Part shown: positions 12,509 through 25,794 of the stretch, piece by piece
Layout: every line of letters begins with the position of its first letter
Position numbering within the stretch: position 1 is the first letter of the stretch
Assembly (NCBI GenBank): GCA_951406725.2
Contig: OX597821.1
Span: 46,314,001 to 46,378,000 of the forward strand
Direction of reading: 5' to 3'
Length of the DNA stretch: 64,000 nt
Origin: Octopus vulgaris
Lineage: Eukaryota
Notes under the pieces: generated by a model
Database searches by the model: none
Told to the model about the DNA's origin: nothing
The model's input: the letters and a program-made list of their open reading frames with translations, nothing else
Program-made: the position numbers and the translations under genes

Positions 12509-13379
12509 ATGTAATTTTACAGACAAAAGAATACAGCAAGGATGTGGCTGATATCTGTTGAGGCTAACTCTGAAATGGGAGAATGATCAACAAAGTTGAC
12601 CATTGTGGGCATTAGGGGATGGGGTTAGGTTAAGAATATAGTTTGTGAAAGGGTGTAATATGATATTTAAGGTCAGTGACCTGGGTGAGTTAGGAGTCTG
12701 CTAGATTGGTTCTTTGGTAGGCTGGAGTGGAATGTAAATGATACTATAGTAGGCTGGGAGAGGACTGAAGATAAATTAAAGATAAAGAATAAAGATAGCG
12801 AAAAATAAAAGTGAAGGAAAATAAATGCATACAGGCCTATTAGGCATAGGGTTGGGGTTTAGGATTTGTTAACAAAGGGAGAAGGGCAGAGATATACAGA
12901 ATTTAGGGGTATTCTGTGGATATAGGATGAAAGTTGGAGAAGGGTACAAAGGCAATCTGAGTAATAAGATCTAACTTTTAAGGAATTGTAGTGTGAAGCA
13001 GGAATGGTTTATCTGATACAGTGGAAAGATACAGGGTGTTGTTTTAGACATGAATATGTTATATGAGTTAGTGGGGACCACTTGTAATATTAGGACATGT
13101 TTGCCCAGAGAGGAAAGACCTAGTAGTAATAGTAGAGTACTACTTATTGAGTTGTTCAAAGAAACAAGGTGTTATATAATAAACTACACCTTGTACGGAG
13201 TTAGAGGAAGAACCAGATGGGATATTAAAGAAAGCCAGCAGTAGGAAGTAGTCTAATTATTAACAATTTGAAGTGTTATATAGGTGGCGTTTATATTATC
13301 TAATTAGTATAATCACCATTGTGTGAATCAGGTAATGCAACTCCTGACAATAGTCAAGGGTAAGAGGTTTGGATAGTGT

Positions 13380-15105
13380 GTTCCATCTGGAATTTCTTTC
13401 CTAATCATGTTACAGTTTCCATTATGAAAGCAAAATCATCAGCATATAGTAGTCCCCAAGAGCAGCTGGTTTTAAATTCTTCTGTTGTGACGTGGAGGAT
13501 AATGTTGAATAAGAAGAGACTGAGAATCGATCCTTAGTGAATGCCTGCTTTCACACACTCACAGAATTCCATCACTATATTCATGATTAACTCTCACCTT
13601 ACTGACAGCACCATGGATTGTACAGATTTCACTAGTCTATCCCTAACTTCCTTAGAGGCCACCATATCACAGAGTGGGAGACTCCTGTTGAGGGCTTTCT
13701 CCAGGTCATAAATGCCAAGTACCATGGTTTATTCTTAAATAAATACTTCCTCAGCTGGAAGATGACATCAGTAGTCCTTCTCCCAGGCACAATACCAAAG
13801 TATATCTCATCAAGTCTTAGTTTGTGTCTTATTAACCCTCTGAAACCTAATCACACACAGATATTGAATGCACAACTCTAATCTCCCAGTGAGTTTCACT
13901 GAAAACTTTTAATTCTAGAATATATGCTGAAAAATATGCTTGTTTCACAACAAGGATAAAAAATGGTGAAAAATGATAAAATACAAGATGTTCAAATCGT
14001 TTTTCACTAATCAGTGGTTACACCAGAAAATAGTCTTTGACTGTTTTGGCAGGCCCTTATACTGAGCACCAGGATTTGCTCTCTTAGTTCTTCCTATGTT
14101 TCTCCATGCACACAGCAAAATGATTGTTTGTGGTTGTATGTTCAACTCCGGACACATAAGACTAACGGTAGAAAGTAGTCTGTACATGTGGCAGATGTGT
14201 AGGTACAATAAATACCAGGAATGTTTAAAAAATAGACTCCCTCAAATGTCAGTGGGGATCCTTAGAATAGGGGACAGTTTTCGTTTTCTAGTGGGGAGGT
14301 TGTTCTGAAAGCATAGCTGCTAGAATAGGAATGGGCTGGGGGATATTCAGAGAGCTAGTACTTTTGTTAGTAATAAAGGGCCTCTCCCTCAGACTGAAAG
14401 GTAGATTGTATGATGCTTGTGTACAGACAGCTATGCTACATGGCAGTGAAACGTAAGCTATGACTACTGACGATATGCAAAGGCTTGAAAGAAATGAAGC
14501 CAGTATGCTCTGCTGGATGGGTACTGTTAGGATGCATATACAACCGAGTATAAGAGATTTTAAAGAAAAACTAGGTATATGAGGCATCAGATGTAGTGTG
14601 CAAGAGAAAAGACTCCAATGGTATGGTCATGTAATACATATGAATGAAGACAGTTGTATCAAGAGGTGCTGGTCTCTAATTGTAGAGGGAACATATAGAA
14701 GGGCTAGGCCCAGGAAGACTGATGAAGTGGTGAGAAAGGATCTACAGATGTTGGGACTCAGAGACAGGTGAACAGGGGACTGAGACCCCTGGCAGTCTGC
14801 TGTGCTTGAGAAAACACGCCAAGCTAAGTAAAAGCATGGTTCTTGCATACAGGTTTGTTCCCTGCATCTCTCTCCAGCTGAACATTTCTAATCTTGCAGG
14901 CTTGTGGTTGTTGGTACCCCATGAAATACATCTGTGCTAGTACTGCTTGAAAACACCTTGTACACTCTGTACAGTGGTTGGCATTAGGAAACCATAGAAA
15001 CCATGCCAAAATGGACTTGGGGTCTTAGGCAGCTCTTCGGCTGGCCAGCTCCTGTCAAACCGTCCAACCCATGCCCGCTTAGAAAATGAATATTAGATGA
15101 TGATG
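13380..15105. mobile_element. RTE LINE: RT segment on minus (about 13380-13820), C-terminal part and tail on plus (about 14100-15105)
   Basis: Minus: GAATTTAAAACCAGCTGCTCTTGGGGACTACTATATGCTGATGAT (LLYADD). Plus: RLYDACVQTAMLHGSET, ending CCGTCCAACCCATG...(GAT)n. Confidence 0.72.
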
Positions 15106-15177
15106 ATCTGATACATATACATATCTTCATATATATGCAAATAAATGCATAGATATACCTATATATATATATATATC

Positions 15178-15472
15178 ATCATCATCATCATCATCATCAT
15201 CATCGTTTAACGTCCGCTTTCCATGCTAGCATGGGTTGGACGGTTCAACTGGGGTCTGGGAATCCCGAAGGCTGCACCAGGCCAGTCAGATGTGGCAGTG
15301 TTTCTACAGCTGGATGCCCTTCCTAACGCCAACCACTCCGAGAGTGTAGTGGGTGATTTTATGTGCCACCGACACAGGTGCCAGACGAGGCTGGCAGACG
15401 GCCACGCTCGGATGGTGTTTTTTATGTGCCACCGACACAGGTGCCAGACGAGGCTGGCAGACGGCCACGCTC
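15178..15472 (-). mobile_element. RTE 3'-tail-derived short element with internal tandem duplication
   Basis: (CAT)n CGTTTAACGTCCGCTTTCCATGCTAGCATGGGTTGGACG...GGATGCCCTTCCTAACGCCAACC; unit TTTTATGTGCCACCGACACAGGTGCCAGACGAGGCTGGCAGACGGCCACGCTC repeated at 63-bp period. Confidence 0.85.
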
Positions 15473-15629
15473 ATATAAATTAAATTAGAGATAAAACCAC
15501 AATTAGGCAAATCAAACAGTGAAAAACATAAACCAAAACATAGAAATAAAATCAATTAATGTAATATACAAAATATATAAAATATAAAATTCAAAATTTA
15601 AATTATTTGAATTTAAAGTTAAAAATTTT

Positions 15630-15670
<41 letters not shown>

Positions 15671-15752
15671 AAATTTATACTGTAAAATTAGATTTAATCC
15701 TAAATCTAACTTTTCGCTGTAAGTTTGGATTTACTCCCTAATATTATTATTA

Positions 15753-15809
<57 letters not shown>

Positions 15810-15811
<2 letters not shown>

Positions 15812-17103
15812 TATACTGGAAATGTTCTTTGTGGGACAAGATCATTGTAGTTCTGGCTTCTACTGCTAGAAACCATTTAATGTGACCTCCAGGCATCAGT
15901 CTGCCAACCAGCAGTGTTCTGTGAGGCTCTACTGCCACATGGTGCATATTTATTTTATACTGCTTCTCCCTTGATCGTCAATTTTTGTGATGGCTGAAAC
16001 AAAAGAACAGTGTGCTTCCATGAAATTCTGTTTTCTACCAGGGAAAATGGCAGCTGAAACAGTTGTCATGCCTCAGACAGCATACTAAGATGCTGCCATT
16101 AGCAAAACACAAGTTTGCAAGCAGTTTTCACACTTTAGGAATTGCTACTTGTTGATTGAAGACCAACCTCGTTCAGAGCAACCATCAACCTCCTGAACAA
16201 ATGAAAATATCATGAAAATTCATGAACTGGTCTTGGAGGGCTATCGCCAAACAATTGACAAACTTGTTGACATGTGTCCTGGGGCTCCTGCCAATGAATT
16301 TTGAGTGAGGAATTGCAAATGAAAAGAATTTCAGCAAAATTTGTACTTTGCTTGTTCACAGAAGATCAAATGCAGTCACAACTGGAAGCGTGTTGTGAAA
16401 TGAAAGAACAGTTGGAAGTTGATCCGGACCTTTTTTTGGAAGGTCATGACTGGTGACAAAAGCTAGTGCTACAGCTACAACCTGAAAACGAAGCAGCAAT
16501 CAATCAGTAGAAGAATTTGATGTCACCATGCCCCAAAATAGCACGTCAAGTGAAGTCCAATGTCAAGACGATGCTGATTTGTTTCATTGGTGTGAAAGGA
16601 ATTGTCCACACAGAATTTGTTACTCCTGCTCAGACTGTTAACCAGATATTTTACTGAGCACTTTTAAAGCATTTGCAAGACATGGTGAGATTAAGACAAA
16701 GTGGCAAAGTGGAAAGTGGTAGTTTCATTATGACAATGTGCCTGTGCACACTGCCTTGAGTGTGAGACGTTTTTGACCAAAAATGGCATGACCCCTCTTA
16801 CCCGCCCCTCCTATTCACCCAGTCTTGTTCTCTGCAATTTCCTTTTTTTGTTCCCCCAAATGAAAAATATCCTTAAAGGAAAATGTTTCGCAAATGTGGA
16901 AGAGGTGAAGTAAAAAATGATGGAGGTGTTAAAAGGCATCACTTTGCATGAGTTTCAGCACTGCCTTGAACAGTGGGAAACATGTCTGGACCAAGGCATT
17001 GTTTCAAATGGAGACTACTTTGAAAGCAATAAAAGTGTAAACATGTGAATCTAAGTGAATAAAATAATATTGCAAATTTCCAGTTCCTTTTGGGTACCCC
17101 CTC
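15810..17103 (+). mobile_element. Mariner (DD34D-type) transposon relic
   Basis: Frameshifted motifs EQCASMKFC, TGDKS, VKSNVKTMLICF, GIVHTEF, YDNVPVH, PSYSPSL, GDYFE; right TIR TTTTGGGTACCCCCTCATA. Confidence 0.85.
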
Positions 17104-17229
17104 ATATATACATCACCATCATTTGAATAAATACATATATACACACACACACACACACACAGACCATCATTATTTAAATACATATATGTATATATACACA
17201 TCGTCATTTAAATAAATATATATAAACAC

Positions 17230-19112
17230 ATCATCACTCAACATCCGATGTCCATGGTGGCATGGGTTGGATGGTTTGACCAGGGCTGGAAGGCTGCATC
17301 AGTCTCCAGTCTGTTTTGGAATGGCTTTTACAACTGGATGCCCTTCCTAACACCAACCACTCTGAGAGTATATTGGGTACTTTTTTACGTGCCACTGGCA
17401 TGGGTGCCATTTGCGTAACACCAGTATATGTCACAACTGCAGTTTTACTTGGTTTAGTGGGTCTTCTTCTCAAGCACGGCATAATGCCAAATGGACTTGG
17501 TTTTTACCTCTATGAAGCCCAATGCTCGAAAGGTGCTTTTACATGCCATTTGCATAACACTGGTATCCGCCACGACTGCCATTTTCGCTTGGCTTGATGG
17601 GTCTTCTTCTCAAGCACAACATAATGCCAAAGGTGTCAGTCATTGTCTCTGTGAGGCCCAACACTCGAAAGGAGCTCAACCACTCTGTCTCCATGAAGCT
17701 CAACGCTCGAAAGATGCTTTTTATGTGCCACCTGCACAGGTGCAGGCTATGTCACACCAACATCAGCCACAACTGTGATTTCACTTGGCTTGAGAGGTCT
17801 TCTCAAACACAGCATATCGCCAAAGGTCTTGGTCACTAGTCATTGCCTCTGTGAAGCCCAAAGTTCAGAGATCATGCTTCAACACCTCATCCCATGTTTT
17901 CCTGGGTCTGCTTCTACTACAAGTTCCCTTCTTTACACAGCTGTCCTTGTCCATATGCATTACATGACAATACCAGTGCATTCGTCTCTCTTGCACACCA
18001 TGTCTGATTCCTCTTATGTCTAACGTTTCTCTCAAGATGCTTACACTCTGTCAAACATGCACACTGACATTGCACATCCAGCAAAGCATACTGGATTCAT
18101 TTCTTTCAAGCCTACACATGTCCTCAGCTGTCACAGCCCATGTTTCACTGCCATGTAGTATAGCTGTTCACACACAGGCATCATACAATCTGTCTTTCAC
18201 CCTGAGAGAGAGGCTCTTTGTTGCCAGCAGAGGCAGGATCTCTCTAAACTTTATCCAACCTAATCTTATTCTGACAGCTATGCTCTTGGAGCATCCACCT
18301 CCACTATTAACTTGATCACCAAGGTAACGGAAGCTATCTACTACCTCTAGCTTACTCCCCTTATGGAGTCTATTTTCTGTACATTTTTGTATGTTTATGG
18401 TACCTGTGCATCTACCACACACAAAAGCTATTTTCCCTGTTAACCTTTCTCTGATATTACTGCACCTTTTATGTGTCCAAAGCTTTCACTGGGTGTATCT
18501 TACAGTGTTACTACCTACACCTTTTCTACAGATCAAGCAGGGTCATCTACCTGAAGGGACTTATGATTTGTCTGCCTTCCTATTTACTAAGACTTTGGTT
18601 TTTGCTAAGTTAACTCAATGGCCCTTCGATTCTAGACCTTGCTTCCATACCTGGAACTTCTTTTCTAGTTTTGGTAGTGATTCAGCTATAAGAACAAGGT
18701 CATCAGCATAGAGGAACTCCCAGGGGCAGCCTGTCTTGAATTCCTCTGTTATTGCCTGGGGGACTATGATGAACAAGAGAGTACTTAGGACCAATCCTTG
18801 GTGAACCCCTACTTGTTCCCTGAATTCTTTGCCAATCCTCACCTTGTTACTAGTAGTGTCTCTGTACATGGGATGTACAACTCTCACTTGTCTATCTCTA
18901 ATTTCTGCATTGACCACCAGATAAGGGATCAGGGGACCCTGTCAAAAGCTTTCTCCAAGTCAACAAAAGCTAAGTACAGAGGTTTATCTTTGGCTATGTA
19001 TTTCTCCTGCAGTTGCCTTACCAGAAATATAGCATTATTGGTGCTTCTCCCTGGTACAAAACCAAGCTGCATCTTATCTTGACTAATTCTCCCACTAATT
19101 AGTTAGGCTATG
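17230..19112 (-). mobile_element. 5'-truncated RTE LINE including tandem-repeat 3' UTR
   Basis: ORFs 18615-18917 (GVHQGLVLS...WEFLYADDLVLIAES) and 18168-18422 (VVDSFRYLGDQV...RLYDACV); tail matches 40440-40552. Confidence 0.9.
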
Positions 19113-19250
19113 ATATCTGTGTGTGTGTGTGTGTGTGTGACTATTTATAGCATCCATTTTATATTATATTCTAGCATCTCTAGAAGGCAAAACAAAAAAA
19201 TATATTTTCAAAAGAATTTTAATGTATACCTTTTTGTTTGGCAATTTCAG

Positions 19251-19349
19251 GGCAAAGAAATTCGTTATCTGCTGTGTCCTGCAGCTTTCACAGTTGCACA
19301 TTTAAAGAAATTTCTGCGAATGAAATTTGAATTATCACAGCGCTATGAG
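19251..19349 (+). CDS. BMI1: PCGF/BMI1-like RAWUL exon (GKEIRYLLCPAAFTVAHLKKFLRMKFELSQRYE)
   Basis: tttcag acceptor, GAG|gtgagt donor, 99 nt; matches BMI1 [24 protein letters not shown]. Confidence 0.96.
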
Positions 19350-20461
19350 GTGAGTCATTCCTTAACAATTTGCCTAACGTGATCCTTTATATTCTTTTAC
19401 CATCTCCAGTATTTTTACCTCCATTTATCTTCTGTAAGGTTCTAGATTTTATTTTCTTGCAAGAGTTGCTTCTAGGAAGGACATCTTGGTCATAAAGACA
19501 TACTTAACAGATAGAAATAATAATTAGTTAAATTAAAAAATAGAACAAAACTCATCCCTGAACGAAAATTCTCACAAGGGATAACTAAATACAATATTTG
19601 CAAGTAAAGAGGGGTTAAAAATTCAATATGCTTCAATGTAGGGAATTAATGATTTATTCCTTATTAGAATTTCAACTTGTTATTGTCAATATCATTTTTA
19701 TGTTTAGTTGTATAATTGAACAAAATCATTTCAATCCTACTATGTTACAACTCTGTTGTGTTTTATTTATTTTTTTATTACTACTTCCACAAATATTACT
19801 ACCCTTATTACTATCATCATCCTTGCTGTCATCATGACCATTATGGCAGTGTTATCCCTGAAATGGTAGTAATCAAGTTATATATTTTTGCAATACATTT
19901 TGTGTCCGTTTCTTTATAATTGTTTTTTTTCGAATTCAGCTTGAATCATGTTTACCTTTTGCATACTTATTAGGGTTGGTTATATTGCTTTTCTCTTAAA
20001 ATATGTCAAAGTTAGAAACCTTTTTTCATCAGAATCATCATTCTATATCTGATTTTCCTTGTCACCAATTCTGAGATATTGTCTGTGACAGAAATAAAAA
20101 GTGTCCTATACTCTCTCACTATTAATTTTTAACTAGAGTTTCTTCTCTGCTAGATGAATTGCCTGGATGTAGCTTGCAAGATCTGTGTCTCTTCCATTCA
20201 TTCCTCACTTATTAGATTATCCATCCTCTTATCGTTAGGGTAGTGTGTTCACACAAGCAAGAATAAATAAACACAATATACAGATTTTACTTTCCCTGTT
20301 TCATTGAGTCCATATCTTGCAGGTAATCAGCTTTACCTGTCATCATTCTGGTGGTGAGTAAACCATTCATGTAGTAATTGGCTCTAATTATGCAGCAGAA
20401 ATTTTACACCACACTATTTATTGCAAGGCAAACTTTATCACTTCATTTTGACTGTTTGAAG

Positions 20462-21132
20462 TAAGTGGTAGATTAAATATGGCTATGGACTTTAGTGCCT
20501 ACCTCAACAGCCTGGTCACACACACTTCTCATTGTGAAAGCAAGGCACTGCAATAGGCTGTTAACAACAACTGATATATGAGAAGTATCAAGTGGTTGCA
20601 GCAGGGACAAATCACCTGTTTTGCTGTTTTGTTGTTAAAAATATGGGTTCATAGTTTTAGATAGAGTGCTAATGATAGCGAGGAAGCTAGTTAGCAAGTT
20701 AGCAGAAGTGGTTAGAAAAGGCATAGCAATCAATGTGCTTAATGACAAGAATATTCCATGACCATGTCTTCAGCACAAAACACAAAAGCTGCATTGTCAG
20801 AGATAGAGCTCATAAGGTAAAACAAGCAGGAACAAAAGCAATTTGATGGGTATAAGTTAGGAGGTGTGCTGTGGTCACGAAGGCACAATTCAGGCCTTGA
20901 CATACCATGAAGGGCACATAGTATTTTGCCATAAACAAATGTGCACTGCATTCTAGCAGCACTTTAATTGACCACTTTAAGTGGTAGATAAGATATGGTT
21001 ATGGACTGTAGTTCCTACCTCAACAGCCTGGCCACACACTTCTCACTGGAAAAGCAAAGCACTTCAATAGGCCAATAGCAACAAATGATATATGGGAGGT
21101 ATTGAGTAGTTGCGGAAGGGACAAATCACCTG
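20462..21132. repeat. Diverged ~155-bp direct repeat pair (20462-20618 and 20978-21132)
   Basis: Both copies read TAAGTGGTAGAT...ATGGACT...CCTACCTCAACAGCCTGG...CACACTTCTCA...AAAGCAA.GCACT.CAATAGGC...GGGACAAATCACCTG. Confidence 0.85.
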
Positions 21133-21199
21133 GTTTAGATGATCTGCCTTATAAGATTTGCAGTTATATGTCAGACTTGGTTGGTGATCTCTTAGCAAG

Positions 21200-22000
21200 T
21201 GTTCACTGCAACTGGCTTCAGAATAGAATTCCCAGTTCTGTGAGCTGTGGTTTGTGATTGCTGCTGAGAAGGAATGCGAACAAAGGGGATATTATTGTTA
21301 ATTTCTGGATCATAACCCTTCTGAATGTAGAATTTTAGATTTTGACCTGGGTGTAGGAGCAAGGTTAGCACTTGTTTGTAGGTTATTTGGGAAAACACGA
21401 ATGTATGCAATCCCAATAGATCCATCTATCACACAACTTCCACCTTGGCCTTATGTGATTCACCTTGGAGAGAGCAGGTAACAAATCTGGCATTGGTGGG
21501 CCTTGGTCATTTTGAATCAGTTGCAGCTTTCGGCAGGATCAATCATTGCTACTTAGCAGCAGTCCTAAAAACAGCCAGTTTCAGAGGCTGGATTTCATTC
21601 ATGCATAGCGAGAGTTACTCAGTGGTCAAAGTGTATGACCAACACCACTCATTATTTACATTTCCTTGGAGGTAGTCCTGTTGACTACTACTACCTAATT
21701 TTTATCGTTTAGAAAGTTGTGTGACCACTCTCCAAGTTTTCCAACTATGCTGTGATTATGCAGCTTATAGCATATATCATGGTCAACTTTATCAAAAGGT
21801 TTTGCAAAGTCAAACTATATGACATCCACATTTGAGTTGTTGGTTAGCTTCTTAAACACCCACCTGTAGTGCTGCAAGAGCTGTGCCAGGCAGCTTCTAC
21901 TTGGTTGAAAACTGTGCTGAGTGTTGTTCAGCAAGTCATTCTCGTCAAGGAATGCAATTAGTTTCCATCTGACTATCTGTTCCATGAGTTTGCTCTTTTG
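21200..22000 (-). mobile_element. CR1/L2-group LINE RT fragment
   Basis: KLMEQIVRWKLIAFLDENDLLNNTQHSF...SCLAQLL...NVDVI.FDFAKPFDKVDH; same family as 52245-53890. Confidence 0.75.
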
Positions 22001-22104
22001 TGAGATCCCCACACATACGCACACAGTCATACACATATATATGTGTATATATGTATATATGTGTGTGTGTGTATGTATGTTTGTATATATGTATGCATAC
22101 ATAG

Positions 22105-25100
22105 GTGTGTGGGATTTTAGAAATAGGGAGGGAAGAAGGTTACTGGGAGTCTATAGTGCTAATGGCTTGTTGATCTGCAACATTAACCTATCAACCTTTT
22201 GATCACCTATTGAATCCGGTACGCACAAAAGCCAGGTTGACTACATTCTCACTATAAAGCAAGGTAGGCAGATACTTGTGAATGCAAAGTCCTTTCTTGA
22301 TGAAGAATGTACTTCCCAACATAGGATAGTAGTAACTTCAGACTTTGTATCAGTGGTCTCAGAGATGCAAACTAATCTGGGAAAGGAAGATCTGAAAGTT
22401 TAGGAATCTTTCAGTCAGATTTAGCTTGGCTTCTTGACTCATGCTCTTGTTTGATGGGGCTGGGGTCATTTCCAAGTGAGTGGTTTCATAGACATCATCA
22501 TGCATAGAGCCGACTAGGTCCACCAGTGATCTCCATCACAGTGGTCTCATGCCAGCCCCTGTACATCCTCCAAGGTGACATTGAGCCTCTAGAGATCTTC
22601 CCCATTTACATCCAGCCAGATTGGTACAGATCCTGCCAAGAAAACCTCTTCCAGCCTGCAGTTGTCCTGTCAAATGAGAGTAAAGTCCTGGTAGGGTCAT
22701 CTAGCAGGAGACAGGACATGTCCATACTGGTGCATGTGACAGACAGCTATGAAGTGGGAGGCTGCAGCTTGATGCATGCACACATGCAGTTCTTTGCTGG
22801 AAATGTGATGGTACCATCTGATGTTCTCTGGTTCTCAGAGCTTTGCTGTATCTTCAAGAGGAGTCATGATTCTGTTCCATAGAGGAGAATAGAGAGGACC
22901 GATGTGTTGTTGACGTGGTGTTTTGTCTTCTGAGAGATAGTGCAGTGGTGCCATAGGGGCTTCCATAGGGATCAGGCCACATTTGTGGTTGATCTTCAGG
23001 GTCAGATCTCCATTGTTGATAACTGTGGAGCCCAGGTAGATGAAGGAGCTGACAAACACTTCAACATCATCAGGGCCAATATGGAGAGGGGGGAGGACGG
23101 CCCAGGCCATCTCTGACATGAATCCTTCTCAACTGTGCTCTTTCTACTATGAGAAGCAGATGCCACCTACTACAATCCAGATTCATGCTGAAACAATCTA
23201 CTGCCGACCGTAATTTTCCCCTTCATCTTATCACTGAAAGATCTTAGGAGTTGCGCAAAGATTGCCACCTCTACACTACCTTCATCGACCCCAAGGCAAC
23301 TTTCAACATGGTCAACCACACATCTCTCTAGAAAATTCTCGAGGTTATTAGTCTACCTCCCAAGATCTCCACCCTCTATAGCAGTGCTGAGAGCTGCCTG
23401 CAAATGAACAGGAAGGACGCTGGCTGGTTCCCCATCAATAGCAGTGTTAGACAGAGCTACATGGCCACTCATGGTCTCTGTAAGTGAGTCTGGTGTTACC
23501 TTCGGGAACTACCACCTTACTGACCTGGAATATGTGAACAATATCACCCTTTTCAGCAACTCAATTCACCAGCATCAGAGATGCACTGACCATTTATGGA
23601 GAAGAATCTGCAAAGCTTGACCTTCTGGTGAATTGGGTGAAGAAGGTGATGCATGTCAGAGATTTGGAAGTGTTCTAATTAATGTATTTGGTTAAAAATA
23701 GGAAGGGATAGAGACATAGCATAGAAGACAGTTAGAAGTTCATGGACAATCTATTGAGGGCTACAAATAAAATTTGTGGCTAGTATAAAATTCCAGCTAG
23801 GCCAAGGGTGATGTCTTGGTGCAACAGAGAAGTAGACAGAGCAATAGAAGCAAAGAGGCAGGCTTGGAAAGTTTGGAAGAATGGAGTTGCAGTGAACTTT
23901 ACCAGGTTGCTAGAAGAGAAGCTGGGAGACAGGTCTATTTAGCAAGGGAAGAGGCAGAAAAGAAGAGGTTTACTAATGTTCTTCATCATGATGACCATTA
24001 GCATGAGGTGTTCTGCATTCCAAGCCAGTATAACAAAGAGAATCAAAATGTTGTAGGAGAGAGGTGTGTGTGTAAAAGTGATTCTAAAAATGAGGAGGCA
24101 TGGAATTGCTATTATGAAAGTGCTATTATTAGATGTGGAGAATGCATGGGAGAAAGAGACTCTTCCTAATGTGATCACGATAGAGGATCCAGCTATTCTT
24201 GTTAAATGCAGTGTTATAGATAGAGCAGTTAAGAGTATGAAAACTGGGTAGGCCCCTGGTCCATTAAGAATTTCTTCTGAAATGATTGAAATATCTGGTA
24301 GTGTAGGATATGGTCTGGTTACTCATATAGCCATCATACCCAGTAATTGGTGTTGCAGCATTGTAGTCAAATGTTACAAGGGTAAAGAAATAGCTTGAAA
24401 AAAAGTAATTACAGAAGTGTCAAATTACTGGACCAGTTAATGAAGTTGCTGAACGAATCACTGCTCTGTTAATTAGAAAGAGAGCTAACCGAGATGAGAT
24501 TTTAGTTTGCTTTCATGTCAGGGAGAAGTACTTCAGATACTCTTTTTATAGTTTGGCAACGGCAGAAGTATTTAGCAAAATATAAACTACTGTACTTAGC
24601 ATTCCTTGACCTGGAACAAACGTTTGACAGGATTCCTTGCTCTCTCTCGTCTTATGGTTGCTGCAGAAGCCAGGAGTCGATGAAAGACTGGTGAGAGACA
24701 TTCAATCCATGAACAGAAATGCTGTTAGCAAAGTGAGAGTTAACAATAAGTGTGGACGCCAAACCTGGAATCAAAGTGTCTTAAAGTTGACTTCGCAAAG
24801 ATCAAGGTTCTAGTTAGCAGGAAAACAAAATAGGACAGTAATCCCTTCTGGTATGTAGACAAGGTGTAGGTAGAAATTCCATAGTATACTCAGTGCAGAC
24901 TATGGATACATAAGAGCAGTGGGATCACAGGAGGGTTAGCAGAGAAAGTAGAATTTGTTTCAGGCTGATGTGCGTGATGAATATATAAATAGAGCACACA
25001 GGAAACAGACTTTCTGAAATGCCCAGGAAGCTCCCTAGAAGTAGTAAATAGTCTCTCTTAAGTGAACTTATTAGCAGTGAAGGAGGATGCTCTGAAAGTA
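22105..25100 (+). mobile_element. Long decayed RTE LINE (endonuclease end through RT), interrupted by a nested LINE
   Basis: Degenerate motifs GLLICN, MKTG.APGP, YRSVKLL, LYLAFLDLEQTFDRIP; many stops. Confidence 0.7.
22425..23663. mobile_element. Nested RTE-like LINE of a second family with 5' inversion
   Basis: 22425-23120 encodes the C-terminal part on minus (FVSSFIYLGSTV). 23121-23663 encodes the preceding RT part on plus (FIDPKATFNMVNH, LTDLEYVNNI). Both share CATGTCAGAGAT at the switch point. Confidence 0.72.
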
Positions 25101-25192
25101 GAGTTGCAACAACACCTTACACCTCAAGCACCCCAGACTGAACCAAGGAGATTAATTTCTGGTCAAAACCAAACAGTCAGGAAAAAATTTTG

Positions 25193-25756
25193 ATCATCAT
25201 CATCATCGTTTAACGTCTGTTTTCCATGCTGGCATGGGTTGGACGGTTTGACTGAGGACTGGGGAGCTAGCTGCTGCACCAGGCTCCAACTTGATCTGGC
25301 AATATTTCTACAGCTGGATGCCCTTCCTAACACCAACCTTTCTGAGACTGTAGTGGGTGCTTTTTACATGCCACTGGTACAGGAGCCAGTCAGGCAGGCC
25401 TGGCATCAATCACATACAGATAGTGCATTTTAAGTGCCACCGGCATAGGGGCCAGTCAGTGGGTACTGGCATCAGCCACATTCAGATGGTGCATTTTATA
25501 TGCTAACGGCATAGGAGCCACTCAGAGGGTACTGGCATTGGCCACATTTGGATGGTGCTTTTCCTGAGCCAGAGGCACAGGAGCCAGTTGGGTCATTGGC
25601 CACATCTACAATATTGGTTTTACTTGACTCAACATACATCAAGCATATATCGCCCGACACATCAGGGGTACTCTTAACTGGGTTGTACCATAAAAACATA
25701 TATATACACACATATACATATACATACACACACACATATATATATACGTATTTACA

Positions 25757-25794
<38 letters not shown>

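Noticed and set aside
19110-19382. 90-aa ORF as a standalone small protein
   Set aside because: Only 19251-19349 is exonic; the remainder is intron read-through.
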